Below are positions 15,696 through 27,808 of a DNA stretch of 64,000 bases, piece after piece. Under the pieces are notes generated by a model. That model was not told where the DNA came from. It saw only the letters and a program-made list of their open reading frames with translations, and made no database searches. The stretch's first letter is position 1, and every line of letters begins with the position of its first letter. The DNA lies in assembly GCA_963721805.1 (NCBI GenBank), contig CAVRJY010000004.1, forward strand, positions 1 through 64,000, in the 5' to 3' direction. A program made the position numbers and the translations under genes. The stretch is from Nitrospirota bacterium (lineage in GTDB: Bacteria > Nitrospirota > Thermodesulfovibrionia > Thermodesulfovibrionales > JdFR-86).

Positions 15696-16603
15696 TCAGT
15701 TGATCTTGTCCAGGCCCTCGGTCAGCTCGATGGAGACTCCCCAAGGGTCGACGATCGTCGCAGTGGCGATGTTGTTCATGGCTGCGTCTCTTTTCTTGTA
15801 AGGCCGAATGAGCTTGATGCCCTTCGCTTCGAGCTCCTTGCAGAACGCGTCCAGGTTTTTCACTTCAAATCCCACGTGATCTACAACGCGGCCGGCAGTG
15901 GGGACGTGAGTGATGGACTGGTCGCCTTCCCACCGGAAGAAGTTGAGGCTGTATCCGACGCCCGGCAGGTCGGCGCCAATGAAGAAGTCGGTTTGCCCTG
16001 GACGCAAAGTCGCGTTGAACGCCTTCATGTACCACTGCTGCATCTCGACGTACTGCTTGTTGATGAAGTGGATATGATGCGCCACGATAGGCGGCCGCGT
16101 CCTTTTGATCGCTGGTAACGAGCTCGATTTTCACCCCGTCAGGGCCGAGAAAATACGCGAAGCGTCCATACACTGCCGACGTGCCCGATGCCGCTGGCGG
16201 TGGCTCACCCGGCTTCGGCTCCCGCCCGGTGGTTTCCTGATATCCCGCGGCTGCCAGCTTAGCCGCCATCGCCGGCACGTTTGGCACTGCGAAGCCGATG
16301 TGATCGAAGGCGGTGCCGCGGGTAGGGCCGGCCGGCTTCTGCACGCGCAGGAAGATGAACGCGTCGGGAAACTCAATTACATCGATGCCGCCGAGCTTTA
16401 TTGCTTTACCGCCGAGCGTGCCGGCCCAGAACTTCTTATGGGCTTCGACGCTGGTGACGTTGAGGTGATAGTGGCCGATGCGGACGGGTGCGTCCGGCGT
16501 GACTCACGAGTTGCGCAGACGCAGGCGGCGCCGCGCATGACACCAGCGCGGCCAGATACACAATCGGGCTGGATGCCCTCAAGGCGAAAATGGCTGTTCT
16601 CAT
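15696..16603 (-). CDS. VOC (glyoxalase-like) two-domain protein, frameshifted
   Basis: GHYHLNV, FDHIGFAVPN, GPDGVKIELV, HHIHF, DHVGFEV, DPWGVSIEL metal-binding motifs. Confidence 0.85.
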
Positions 16604-16614
16604 CTGACGTAACC

Positions 16615-17487
16615 CTACTTGAGGTCGGCGAGTCCTTCCGTCATTTCGATATTCGTTCCCCAGGGATCTTTGATGAACGCGATCGCGATGCCAAGCTGGG
16701 GCACCTTGGTGTAGGGACGATCCAGTTTGATGCCCTGGGCTTCGAGCTTCTTCGTGAACGCCTCGAGGTTTTTGATCTCGAAGCCGATGTGATCGATCGA
16801 TCGGCCGGTGGTGCCGACGGTCGGCGTCGGCGACGGCGAGAAGTTCAGGGACACGCCGGGCAGCTGATCCACCACGAAAGCGGACGCCGGATTGGCCGGA
16901 AGCATCGTCGCGCCGAACGTCTTCGCGTACCACGCCTGCATCTCGGTGTTCATCTGCCCGAAGAAATGGATGTGATGAAGCTGAATCGGGGCCTTCTGCG
17001 ATTTGACTTCGACGAACTCTACTTTGACATCCTCCGGACCGAGCGCAAACGCGAGGTTCGTCGTAGGACTGGCGGCCGCGATGTCGTCGGTTACCTTCAC
17101 GTTCGCGGCGACCGAATCGGCGGTGATCATTTTGAAGCCGTTCGCCTTGATCTTCGCTACGAGCGGCTTGAGATCGGGAACGGAAAAGCCGATGTGGTTC
17201 ACCGTCGTGCCGATCGAGCCGCCCGTCGGCGCCTGCATCGGACGGAAAAAGATCAGAACATTCGGGAACTGGATGATCTCCTGCTGCCGGTCACCGGAAC
17301 CGATCTTGACCACGCTGCCGCCGAGCGTGTCGGCAAAGAACTTCTTCTGTGCGTCCATGTTCGTGGTGTTCAGATGGTGATGCCCGTACACGACCGGACC
17401 TTCTCCGGCAACCAGAATCTGCGCACTGGCAACGGCCGGCACGAACAGCAGGATGGTTAGCCCGATTCCGGTCAATAAACGTTTCAT
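16615..17487 (-). CDS. Secreted VOC (glyoxalase-like) two-domain protein
   Basis: Signal peptide ending ASAQ; GHHHLN, NHIGF, HHIHF, DHIGFE, DPWGTNIEM; paralog of the adjacent gene. Confidence 0.88.
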   Translation of the reverse strand: MKRLLTGIGLTILLFVPAVASAQILVAGEGPVVYGHHHLNTTNMDAQKKFFADTLGGSVVKIGSGDRQQEIIQFPNVLIFFRPMQAPTGGSIGTTVNHIGFSVPDLKPLVAKIKANGFKMITADSVAANVKVTDDIAAASPTTNLAFALGPEDVKVEFVEVKSQKAPIQLHHIHFFGQMNTEMQAWYAKTFGATMLPANPASAFVVDQLPGVSLNFSPSPTPTVGTTGRSIDHIGFEIKNLEAFTKKLEAQGIKLDRPYTKVPQLGIAIAFIKDPWGTNIEMTEGLADLK

Positions 17488-17617
17488 GAAAACCTCCCTG
17501 GCCGCCAAGTCTTACACGATATCGCCTTTGTGCTTCACGTTGTACTTCACGGACGGGCAGTCCGGCAACTCTCGCGTCGACGTCGCTCGCGCAACGTCAA
17601 TGAGCTATCGTTGAAAA

Positions 17618-18581
17618 ATGAAAAATCTCGATTGGGCCAAGATCCCCAGCTTCGATCAATTGCCGGTCAAAAAGGGCGCCCCGCCGGAATCTTCCTGGGG
17701 CGTGTTTGGCGATGACGATCAGTTCGGTTGCCTGAACTTCCTGACGCCCCAAGGCGTGGTCGACGCGGCGCGCCTGGTGCAGACCGGAACGGTCTTCCGG
17801 CTGGATGCCAAAATCGGTTTCGCCAAGCCGCCGCTGTTCGGCCGGGCCGCGGTCAGCCACCAGGTGGTTCCGCTGGCCCCGTTCGCCAATGACGATCTGG
17901 TAAACAATTTCAACACGCAGGAAGGGAGCCAGTGGGATGGATTGGCCCACGTGGGCTACCCCAGCCTGGGGTGCTACTACAACGGCGTCCAACCCAGCCA
18001 GATCGGTCCGGGCGGTGAGCTGAGCATCCATCGATGGGCCGCGAGATTCGTCGGCCGGGGCGTGCTGATCGACGCGTTCGGTTTCCGCAAGGCCATGGGC
18101 CGCGACGTCCAGCCTCTGGAGCGGGACGTATTCACGCTCGCCGATCTGAAAGGCGCGCTGGAGCATCAAGGCACGACGCTCAAGCCCGGCACGATTCTCC
18201 TGGTCCGCACCGGCTGGATGGAAAGCTATGAGACAGTGTCCGCCGGAACAAAAGGGCGACCTGTCGACGTTGGAACGCGTGAAATCCGCCGGGATTGAGG
18301 CCACTCGGGAAATGGTCGCGTGGCTGTGGGACCAGCGCGTCGCCGCGATCGGAACCGATTGCCCGGCCGTGGAGCCGATGCCCTCCAATTTCGCCGATGA
18401 GGGGATTCTGCATTACCGGGCTCTGCCCTTGCTGGGGCTGCCCTTGGGCGAATTGTTTGTCCTGGCGCCGCTGGCCGAAGATTGCGCGCGCGACCGGCGT
18501 TACGAATTCATGGTGGTGTCGGCGCCGATGGTTCTGGAAGGCGGAATCGCGACGCCGCCTAACGCGGTCGCCATCAAATAG
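17618..18581 (+). CDS. Cyclase-family metal-dependent hydrolase (kynurenine formamidase-like), frameshift near 18230
   Basis: WG..GDDDQFGCLN, SQWDGLAH, GRGVLID, LLVRTGW, DCPAVE, LH...LGLPLGELF, PPNAVAI. Confidence 0.88.
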
Positions 18582-18653
18582 AAGTCGGCATCGCAAGTGC
18601 CACAGCCGCTGGCGGTTCACATCCGCGTCGACGTCTCAAGGCGTTCTTCTGAG

Positions 18654-19055
18654 CTAGCCGTTTTCGACGCGCGCCTTTATATCCGAGTACGCCGTATCGA
18701 TGAGCCTGCTTAGGGCTGCGGCGTTTGTAGCCGTTCCCGGTCTCAGCTTCACATGGCGCATGAACCTGCCGGTGCCTTGCAACAAGCGGGCCGGATCCGG
18801 CAGCGCTGCGCCGTGAAAGAACCCCACGTTTACGTGCGAACGGAATACATTGACGTAGCCGAAGGGCGCGTCTCCCAGACATGCAACCGGACAGCCGTCA
18901 TGCAAGAGCTCCCGGACTTCGTCGCCGCATTTTCGCATCACCTCAAACCACTGATGCGCGATGGCTCCCAATTCACCAGCATGCTCTTTCATCCACGCAT
19001 CGATGGCGGGATCCCGCTCGACAGCGCCGTTGAATCGCAGCAATTCCGTTCTCAT
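18654..19055 (-). CDS. DUF1801 domain-containing protein
   Basis: HVNVGFFHGAALPDPARLLQGTGRFMRHVKL pattern. Confidence 0.8.
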   Translation of the reverse strand: MRTELLRFNGAVERDPAIDAWMKEHAGELGAIAHQWFEVMRKCGDEVRELLHDGCPVACLGDAPFGYVNVFRSHVNVGFFHGAALPDPARLLQGTGRFMRHVKLRPGTATNAAALSRLIDTAYSDIKARVENG

Positions 19056-19076
19056 ACGCGGCGAGCTATTCCCGAA

Positions 19077-19984
19077 TCAGTAGTTGCGATTGAGGTCCAG
19101 GCCGGCGTAAAGCTTCGAAACCTGGTCGCCGTAGCCGTTGAACATCTGCGTCTTGACGACCTTGGCGCTGAACAAGCCGCCTTCTCCCAAGCGCTGCTCT
19201 TCGTTCTGGTCCCAATTGGGATGGTCGTGGTTGGGATTCACGTTGGAGTAGAAACCGTAGGCCGCGGGCCAGCTTTTGTTCCAGGTCGTCGGGGGCTGCT
19301 GCGCCAGGAAGCGGATCCGCACGATCGACTTGATGCTCTTGAAACCGTATTTCCAGGGGACCACCAGCCGGAGCGGCGCGCCGTTCTGGTTGAGCAGCGT
19401 TTCGCCGTACATGCCGACGGTCAGCAGCGCGAGGGGATGCATGGCCTCATCCAATCGCAGGCCTTCCACGTAGGGGAACTCGATGCCGGCTTTCCTCGAC
19501 GAGAGCATCAACTGCGGGATCGTAAAAGCTTTCGAAGGCGACGAACTTCGCTTTGCCGGTCGGCTTCACTTGATTCAGCAGCGCGCTCAGCGGGAATCCG
19601 ATCCAGGGCACCACGATCGACCAGGCTTCCACGCAGCGGTGACGATAGATGCGCTCCTCGAGCGGCGCGAGCTTCAGAATCTGATCGAGGTCCAGAGTCT
19701 TGGGCTGCGCCACTTCGCCTTCGATGCGAACCGTCCACGGCGAACTGGGTTTCCACTTGGGAGCGTTCTTGGCCGGCTCGTCCTTGCCCGTGCCGAATTC
19801 GTAGAAGTTGTTATAGCTGGTGACGATCTTCTGAGACGTGATCTTTTCGCCATCCGCGTTGAACGCGGTTTTGGCGGCATTGAGCGTCGCGGCGGCGGCG
19901 GGGATGGGCAGAGCCAGGGCCGCGGCCAGGAATCTGCCGCCGGTTCAGGTAGATTTCTTTCGGTGTGACGTCCGAATAGCGCAT
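19077..19984 (-). CDS. msrP: Second MsrP paralog (frameshifted), no adjacent msrQ
   Basis: [57 protein letters not shown]. Confidence 0.9.
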
Positions 19985-20057
19985 GGCCGTCTCACCTCAA
20001 ATGGTCCTCGGCAGGCCGCATGGCCCGTGCGGGCTGCTAACGCTCAACTTTCGGACC

Positions 20058-21556
20058 TTGACGAACATTCGCAGAACATACCGTGGCTGCTACTCTGCCT
20101 GATCGTGCAGGCGGCGCTCATGACCCATCGGCTGGACCTGCTGCCGATGTGGAATGACGAGCTGTTCACCGTGCGCGCCGCGCAACAAACGGTGGGGGCG
20201 ATGCTCGAGATGGTCCGCGGCGATGTGCATCCGCCGCTGTATTTCCTGCTCGCGCATTATTGGATCCGGATCGCGCCCGGCGATGTTCTCGATTCAGCTG
20301 CGATGGCTGTCCGTCGTGTTCGCGCTGCTGGCCACCATCGCGCTGGACCGCCTGTGGCTGAAGCATGCTCCGCCGCGCTTGCGGGCATGGTGTCTGGCGC
20401 TGTGGACCTTTTCCGCGTGCCTGTTGCTCTATTCCCGCATGGCGCGATCTTACAGCTTGCAGGTCTTGGGATTCGTCATCGTGTGCTGGGCCGCGTGGCG
20501 CTGGAGCCAGGAATTCGCTTCGTGGAAAAGGCTGCTGATATGTGCCGGATCGCTGGCGGCGCTGCTCTACACGCACTACGTGCCGGGATTCGCGGCGTGG
20601 GCCGGCGTCAACGTGCTGCTGCTTCGGAGCGCGCGTGAGCGTCCCAGCCGCCTGCTGGCCGGAAACGCGATCGTCCTGGCGGCCTACCTGCCCTGGCTGA
20701 TGACGCTCGCATCGGTGCTGGAAGCGTGGCGCGCGAAACCCGGCCTGCTTCTGATGACCAGTAACGGAATTCTCGAGTGGGGCGTCAAGCTGGCCTACTG
20801 GATCTTTTCTTTCTTCTATGGCGAGGCGATCCCGGTGTGGATGCTCCCGGTGACCGCGTTGCTGGCGATACCGGTCGCGTGGCTCCTATGGATGGGAGCC
20901 ACGATCTGCGCGCGGCTGGGTGTTCCCCGCCCTAGTGACGGCCCTGATCGGATTCGCGGGCGTGGCCGGCTGGGTTTCCTACGCGTTCGGCCCGGCGCGG
21001 CTGCTGTTCTTATTACCGCTCGCGTTGCTCGCGATCGCTGCGGGTAGCGGGATACGCGCCGCGCGCGGGAACCGTGATCGCGGCAGCGCTGCTGGCCGCG
21101 AACCTGGTCGGCATCGCGAGCTACTTTCAGGCGCGCGATCTGCTGAACATCGGCTATCTGGCGCCGATGGATCGCATCGCGAAGGATATCGCCCACAGCT
21201 CTTCCCGGCCGATACGTTGGTCCTGGTCGACGGGCCGAATCTGAGCGGCGTCGTGCTGGAGTACTATCTGCCGGGCTTCTCCACGCGGCAGATTTTTACC
21301 GAGCAGGACGCGGAATCCGCGCGCCGCGAACTCGCCAATCCCGCGATCCGGCACGTCTGGTTTTTGCGCAATCCGCGCGACGTCACGCCCGGGCCATGTG
21401 CTGGAGCGGCTGGAGACCGAGCTGCGGCAGTCCTGGCCAGGACAACTCCACCCTTACGTGTCGTTTTCACCGACCCACAAGGCGCTGATGCGGATCATGA
21501 ACGTGCCGGTTACTTCGGACTGGATGTACGCAGCGTGGGAGTTCCGGAAAGTCTAA
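20058..21556 (+). CDS. Polytopic membrane glycosyltransferase (GT39/GT83-like, GT-C fold), frameshifted
   Basis: WNDE, DVHPPLYFLL, YSRMARSYSL, YTHY motifs and many hydrophobic segments. Start approximate. Confidence 0.72.
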
Positions 21557-22204
21557 CTGATGATCCCCTTGCGCACCGCGTACAGGATCAGCTCCGGGAC
21601 GCTGTGCAGGTTCAGCTTTTGCAGGATATGCGTGCGGTGGGTTTCCACCGTGTACAGGCTGAGATTGAGCATCCCGGCGATTTCCTTGTTGGCTCTTGCC
21701 TTCGGCCACCAGTTGCAGGACTTCGCGCTCGCGGTTGGTGAGCAGCTCGTAGCTGTCCTCGGCGCCGAGCTCGTCGAGCTGGTGCATGTAATCCTCTTTC
21801 AGCAGACTCCGGATCGCGGGGCTGAAGAAGGATTTGCCTTCGGTGATGGCTCCAATGGCGGCAATCAGATCGGCCTCCGCGGAATCCTTCAGCAGATAGG
21901 CGCGGGCGCCGGCCTTGAGCGACCGGATCACGTAGCTCTCATCGCGTGTGCATGCTGAGGATCACGACGGCGGCATTCGGGATTCGCGGTTGACGATCTG
22001 GCGCGTGGCCTCGACGCCGTTCAACTGGGGCATGGCGATGTCCATGATCACCACGTCGGGATTTTCGGCCGCGGCCAGATCCACGGCCTCGCGCCCGTCC
22101 GCGGCTTCGCCGACGACTTCCAGATCCGGCTGGCGTTCCAGCAGCAGGCGCAAGCCGTTGCGCATGACGGTGTGATCGTCGGCTAGAAGAATTCGGATGA
22201 TCAT
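21553..22204 (-). CDS. NarL/LuxR-family response regulator, frameshifted
   Basis: IRILLADDH, MDIAMP, GARAYLLKD, LTNREREVLQLVAEGKS. Confidence 0.92.
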
Positions 22205-23573
22205 CGTGCCTCTTCCATGCTCAGCTCGCGAGCGGCAGCTCCACATCCACAGCTGGTCCCCGTGCCCGGACGTGGAATCGACTGGAAGGCGCCGCCCAGA
22301 TGACGGACCCGCTCCTCCATGCCCACCAGGCCCAGCCCGCGTACGCGGCCGGCGTCGAAGCCCCGGCCGTCGTCTTCCACCGAAAGAACGATCCTGGACT
22401 CCTCCTGGCGCACCACCACGCGCACCGAGCGCGCCTGAGCGTGGCGGGCGCAATTGTGCAGGGCTTCCTGGACCACGCGGTAGATGCAGGTCTTCAGATG
22501 CGTCGGGCAGTTCCCCGGCCGTCTCGGCTGCCGCCACGTGCACGCGCATTCCGGTGCGTTTGGAAACCTCGCGTGCCTGCCATTCGAGAGCCGGCACCAG
22601 CCCGAAATCGTCCAGCATGGAGGGCCGCAGCAGCAGCGTCATGTTGCGGATGATGTTCACGCTGGCTTCGGCCAGCTTCTTGATCGAATCCACGTGCTGC
22701 CGGACGTGGGCGGCGTCCGGAGGCACACTTGCCGCGGCGTTGCCAGCCTCCATCAGCAGGGCCGAAAGCGACTGGCCGACCTCGTCATGCAGCTCGCGCG
22801 ATATGCTGCGCCGCTCCTCTTCCTGGGCCGAAACCAGGCGCGCGGACAGTTCTGTCAGTTCCCGCTGGGCGGTCAAAACTTCCCGATAGCGCTGTTCCAG
22901 CTCCCGTTCCAGCCGTAAGGTCCGCCAAATGGTGAATCCGGCCAGCAGCAGGCCCATCCCCACGGCCACAGCCAGGATCAGCGCCAGGCGCCGGCGCAGC
23001 CGGCCGAAGGTTTCACTCATCCGGGCGTCCGATGCGGCCATTTGCCGCGCGCTGATCGCGTCCAACTGGTCCACCATCTGGATCAGCTCCGCCCGATGCT
23101 GGCGAACCTGGGTAGACAGGTATTCCGAACCACGGAGCTGCCGGTTCTCGGCCGGGATCTGGGAAATGAATGCCAGCAGCTTCCAGTACACCTGGAGCTC
23201 CGACTGCAATTCGTGCAAGGCGGCGCTCTCGGTGGGATCGATCAGATTGGTGCATTCGGCCAGCGCCTGGTCGGTTTGGACGCGGGTTTCGGCGAACCGT
23301 TCGATCTGCGCCGCGCCGCTCTTTTGATCCAGCGCGAGAAGGTAATCGCGCATCACAATGGCCGATTGGTAAATCCCGGTTCGAATCCGATCGAGCGCGC
23401 GGTCGCGCGAAAGGTAGTTGTCGCGCTCCGCCAGGTCGCTGGTGCGGACCTGTTCGAGGGTTCTGCAGGGCGTAGCCGCCCGCCACCAGCATCAGGAGCA
23501 GGAGGCTCCCGAAGCCCGCCAAAAGGAAAGGCCGGCCAGCAGGCGTCCTTCCGGTACTGGGGGACGGCAACAT
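22201..23573 (-). CDS. HisKA_3-type sensor histidine kinase, frameshifted
   Basis: Two TM segments around a periplasmic helical domain, EEERRSISRELHDEVGQ, VQEALHN, DDGRGF, GLGLVGMEER. Confidence 0.9.
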
Positions 23574-23668
23574 CGGAATCTAAGTCTAACCTGAGCGGCC
23601 AGTTAAGGAATACCGTCTACACGGGATTGCCGCGCTCGCCGCCGAATGCCTTAATGGAGGACAAGCCT

Positions 23669-24270
23669 ATGAAACAAGCGAACTCACTCTTAATGGGGAT
23701 GACTGCGATTGCGTTCTTGTCCGTCGCAGCCTGTTCACACAAAGTGGCTGCCGTCAACAAACCTCCCGAAATCAAGCCGGTGGCGCCACTCCTTCCCTCG
23801 CCCGCGCGCCCGCAGACAGCGCCAGGCAGACCGCTTCCGCGCCCGAGAGGCAGGTTGCAGACGGCTCAGACCAGGCCGACCACCATGCCGCCTGCAGTGC
23901 GAAAGAGGCTGGAGCGATGAGCTGGCTACGCCTCGAAGATGCTCTGTTCGACTACGACAAGAGCACCATCCGCTCCGACGCCAGCGTAGCCTTGCGCGAC
24001 GACGTGGACGTGATCCGCGGAATTCTGGCGGACTATCCCAATCAGAAGCTGGTCATCGAAGGCCACACCGACGAGCGCGGATCGGCCGAATACAATTTGG
24101 CGCTGGGCGATCGCCGGGCGCACGCCGTCGAGGAATTCCTGTCCTCGAGGGTATTCCCGGACCTCAGTTCGCCGTGGTCAGTTATGGCAAGGAAAGGCCC
24201 GTGTGCACGGACGAATCGGAGAGTTGCTGGCAGAAAAATCGTCGCGCGCATGTGACCGGCCGCGAATTAA
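23669..24270 (+). CDS. pal: Peptidoglycan-associated lipoprotein (Pal/OmpA-C), frameshifted
   Basis: Lipobox VAAC, FDYDKS, IEGHTDERGSAEYNLALGDRRA, VSYGKERP, NRRAH. End approximate. Confidence 0.85.
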
Positions 24271-24306
24271 CTCGAACATCTTCCTACACACCCTGCCGGA
24301 ACGAAC

Positions 24307-24344
24307 CCCCGCCGGAACCAAGCAGTACCCGGCGGGGCTTTTTT
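24307..24344 (+). terminator. Rho-independent terminator after pal
   Basis: ccccgccgg ... ccggcgggg stem followed by a T6 tract. Confidence 0.75.
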
Positions 24345-24429
24345 GTCTAAAATCGTCTAAAACAGGTACACTGTCCTCTATGTGCCCAGCTGCGTTGCTG
24401 CAGGCGAGCCGGGCGCGCCGGGAGGGATC

Positions 24430-25262
24430 ATGAAGTGGTATTACGCGGAAGGCGGGAAGCAGATCGGTCCGGTGGAAGAGTCCGCTCTGGACGACTTAGT
24501 GCGCCAGGGCGTCGTGCGCGATGACACCCTGGTATGGCGAGAGGGCATGGCCGCCTGGCAACGGCATGCCGCCGTACGCGGGAGTTCCAACCCCGGCCCA
24601 GGAAGCGCACGCCCCGCCTCCCCAGCCGGCCTATCAGCCGGGCCGCCGCTGCGGCTTCCCCAGGCGCGGACGTCCGCTATTGCTCCGAGTGCGGCCGCGC
24701 GGTCCCTGCCAGCCAGTTGACCAGCTATCGGGGACGCGTCGGTCTGTACGCAGTGCCAGCCGGCGTATTCCCAGCGCCTCGGAGGAGCCACGCGCCGTTT
24801 TGGCGGTTTCTGGATCCGCTTCCTGGCCATCGATTATCGACGGGATCATCATTCGGGTCGCCACCTGCCATATCGCATCCCCCTGGGCCTGGCGGGCCTC
24901 GGAGAGGTCTGGGGCTGGGCGGCCTGGGCCGCAGTGCGGACCCGGCGCAAGCGCTGGCGGCCTTACCGGCGCTCATGAGCCTGATTGGCCTGTCCGTCCT
25001 CATCCAGTTTGCCCTTTCCCTGGCCTATGAAGTCTATTTTCTGACCACGAAGGGCGCGACCCCGGGGAAAATGGCGCTGGGCCTCAAAGTGATCCGCGCG
25101 GACGGGGGCCCGATATCGGCCGGGCTAGCCGTCGGCCGGTATTTCGCCAAGATTCTCAGTGGCATGATCTTGTGGATCGGTTTCATCATTGCGGGATTTG
25201 ACAGCGAAAAGCGTGCCCTGCACGATCACATCTGCGGAACACGGGTTGTCTACACCCGCTAG
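24430..25262 (+). CDS. GYF_2 + zinc-ribbon + RDD family protein, frameshifted
   Basis: WYYAEGGKQIGP...LVWREGMAAW (GYF_2), CSECG, GATPGKMALGLKV...RALHDHICGTRVV (RDD). Confidence 0.82.
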
Positions 25263-25360
25263 GACGAGGGGCTAGGCCCCCAGGCAGGACTATTCTCCCA
25301 GGACCGTCCCAGGACTGGGGGTTCGTTGCAACCCCCTGATTTTAGCGTCAAGATAGAGCT

Positions 25361-27583
25361 ATGAAACGCAGTACACTCTTGCGATGCCTGCCCCTGTTGA
25401 TGCTGGTATTGGCGTCTTGCAGCTCCGATCCGAAAGTCCAGGCGCAACGTTACGTCGATAACGGCAACAAGTTTTTCGCCAAAGCCAAGTACAAAGAAGC
25501 CGGCATTATGTACCGGAAGGCGATTGCGCAAGAGTCCGCTCTTCGGCGAGTCGTATTACCGCATGGGCCTGACCGACCTGAAGCTGGGAGGCCTGGGAGA
25601 AGCCGTTCGGAATGTTCCGCCGCGCCGTGGAGTTGCAGCCCGATAACAGTCGACGCCGCGGTTCAGCTCTCGAGCATATATCTGTTCGCCGCCACGCAGA
25701 ACGAGCAGCAAGCTCCGCAGCTTCTGGAGGAAGCCTCGGGGCTGGCCGAAAAGATCCTCGCCAAAGATCCCAACTCCTATGACGGTCTTCGGCTCTCCGG
25801 CCAGATCGCGCTGTTGAAGAAGCGACAACAAAACTGCCCTTGAGCAATTGAAGCATGCCAACCAGCTAAAGCCGAACCAGTCGGACGTGGTACTGGTGTA
25901 TTTCGAGGCGCTGGCCCGCAACAACCAGAAAGACGCCGGGGAAAAGATGCTTCTCGATTTCATCAACCAGCAAAAAACTTTTGCCGCGGCTTACGACCGC
26001 CTGTATTACCAGTACATGGTCGATAAACAGTTCGACGATGCTGAGCGGATCCTGAAGCTGAAGGTCCAGAATAATCCCAAGTCGGCGAACTACCTGCTCC
26101 AACTGGCGACCCATTACGTGATCGTGGTGAACCGGCGCCCGGACATGGATGCGGTGATTCACACGTTGACGGATGAAAAGCAATTTCCCGACGGGCACTT
26201 GATGGCGGGCGACTTCTACCTTTTCCGGCTGCGCGAATTCGAACTGGCGAAACAGCAGTACGAAGCCGGCATGGCCGCGCTTCCCAAGGACAAAGCGGTG
26301 TATCAGAAGCGCTTGGTCGAGTTGTACGCGACCTCGGGAAGCAATGCGGAGGCGAATCAGATGGTGGATACTCTGCTGAAGGAAAACCCGAAGGACAGCG
26401 ACGCCATCGCGATGCACGCGGCTCTTTTGTTGACCAGCGGAAAACCGGATCAAGTCAATCAGGCAGCGATCGATCTGCAAGGCCTGGTCGCCAAGAATCC
26501 CAACAATCATCTGCTGCGTTTCAACTACGCCCGAGCGCTGCTGGCCAAGACCAGATCGAGCCGGCCCGCCTGCAACTGGAAGACGCTATCAAGACTCGCC
26601 CGGACTTCGTGGCCGCAAGAGAATTGCTGGCCCGTATTTATCTGGTCAAGCAAGATCCAGCCAAGGCTCTCCAGGCGGCCAATGACCTTTTGCAGATCGA
26701 CAAGAAGAACCTTACCGGGCATCTTACGCGTTCGGCCGCTCTGCTGGCCCTCAAGGACAACGACAAGGCCCGGGACGAGCTCAATCTGATCGGCCAGCTA
26801 TTTCCGCAAAACCCGGATGCCCGTTATCAGGTCGGCCTGTTGGCTTGGCAGGATAAGGACTACAAGAAGGCCGAAGACACGTTCGGAGCGCTTTACCGGG
26901 ACAACCACGACACGCGTGGATTATTGGGCATCACGGAAACGCTGGCCGCGCAAAACCGTCTGGACGATGCCATCAAGCAAATGGACAAAGCCGTCGCTGC
27001 CGAGCCGGACCGGCAGGACTTGAAGCTGGCTCGCGCCAATCTTTACGTGCGCGCGCAACGCTACGACGACGCCATCGCGACCTTTAAAGGATTGCTGGAA
27101 AAGCAGCCGGGCTCGGCCGATTTACTCTTCCGGCTGGCGGAGACCTACCGCCGTAAAGGCGATATCAATCTGGCGGCGGATACGTTCCGCAAATCCAGCC
27201 AGGCGGCTCCCAACAGCACGCTTCCTCTGGTGCAGCTGGGCTTGATTCTGGAAACGATCGGTCCGGCGGACCAGGCCAAGGCCGTGTATGAGCAGATCCT
27301 CAAGCTCGACCCCAACAATGCCATCGCCCTGAACAATCTGGCGTATCGCAAGGCCGAGGAAGGACTGGACCTGGATGCCGCGCTCACCATGGCGCAACAC
27401 GCCCGTCAGATTCAACCCAATGCGACCGCCATGGCCGATACCCTGGGCTGGATCTACATCAAGAAGAATATGAGCGGGGAAGCAGAGCGCATCTTCAAAG
27501 ATCTGGTGGATAAGGACCCCAATAATTCCACCTTCCGCTATCACTACGGGCTGGCGCTGATCTGGACTCACTTTGATTATTAG
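25361..27583 (+). CDS. Long TPR lipoprotein (PrsT-like), frameshifted and cut at the junction near 27562
   Basis: Lipobox LASC; repeated TPRs; ALNNLAY...ADTLGWIY...FRYHYGLAL, then an abrupt switch to AT-rich DNA. Confidence 0.8.
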
Positions 27584-27686
27584 GTTATTGCCCAATGATT
27601 CTAATAATATAATTTTAAATATTTTTCATACTGACTTGCCGTTTAGGCTATTGGTTGCTGCTTGGATAGTCTGGCATATGATATTA

Positions 27687-27714
27687 GGCGGACATAATCA
27701 TTATTATACGGAAG
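27687..27714 (-). other. dif/pdif-like XerC/D site candidate
   Basis: Minus strand CTTCCGTATAA-TAATGA-TTATGTCCGCC has the 11-6-11 layout with the TAA/TTATGT core of dif sites; outer XerD arm diverged. Confidence 0.45.
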
Positions 27715-27808
27715 TCATTCTCAAGAAAACACCGAAGTAGTTATAATAATAGGGCATACCGCTTTTTTTCACATGTGGATTATTCTCAAAAGTCTACCTA
27801 ACAAACTT

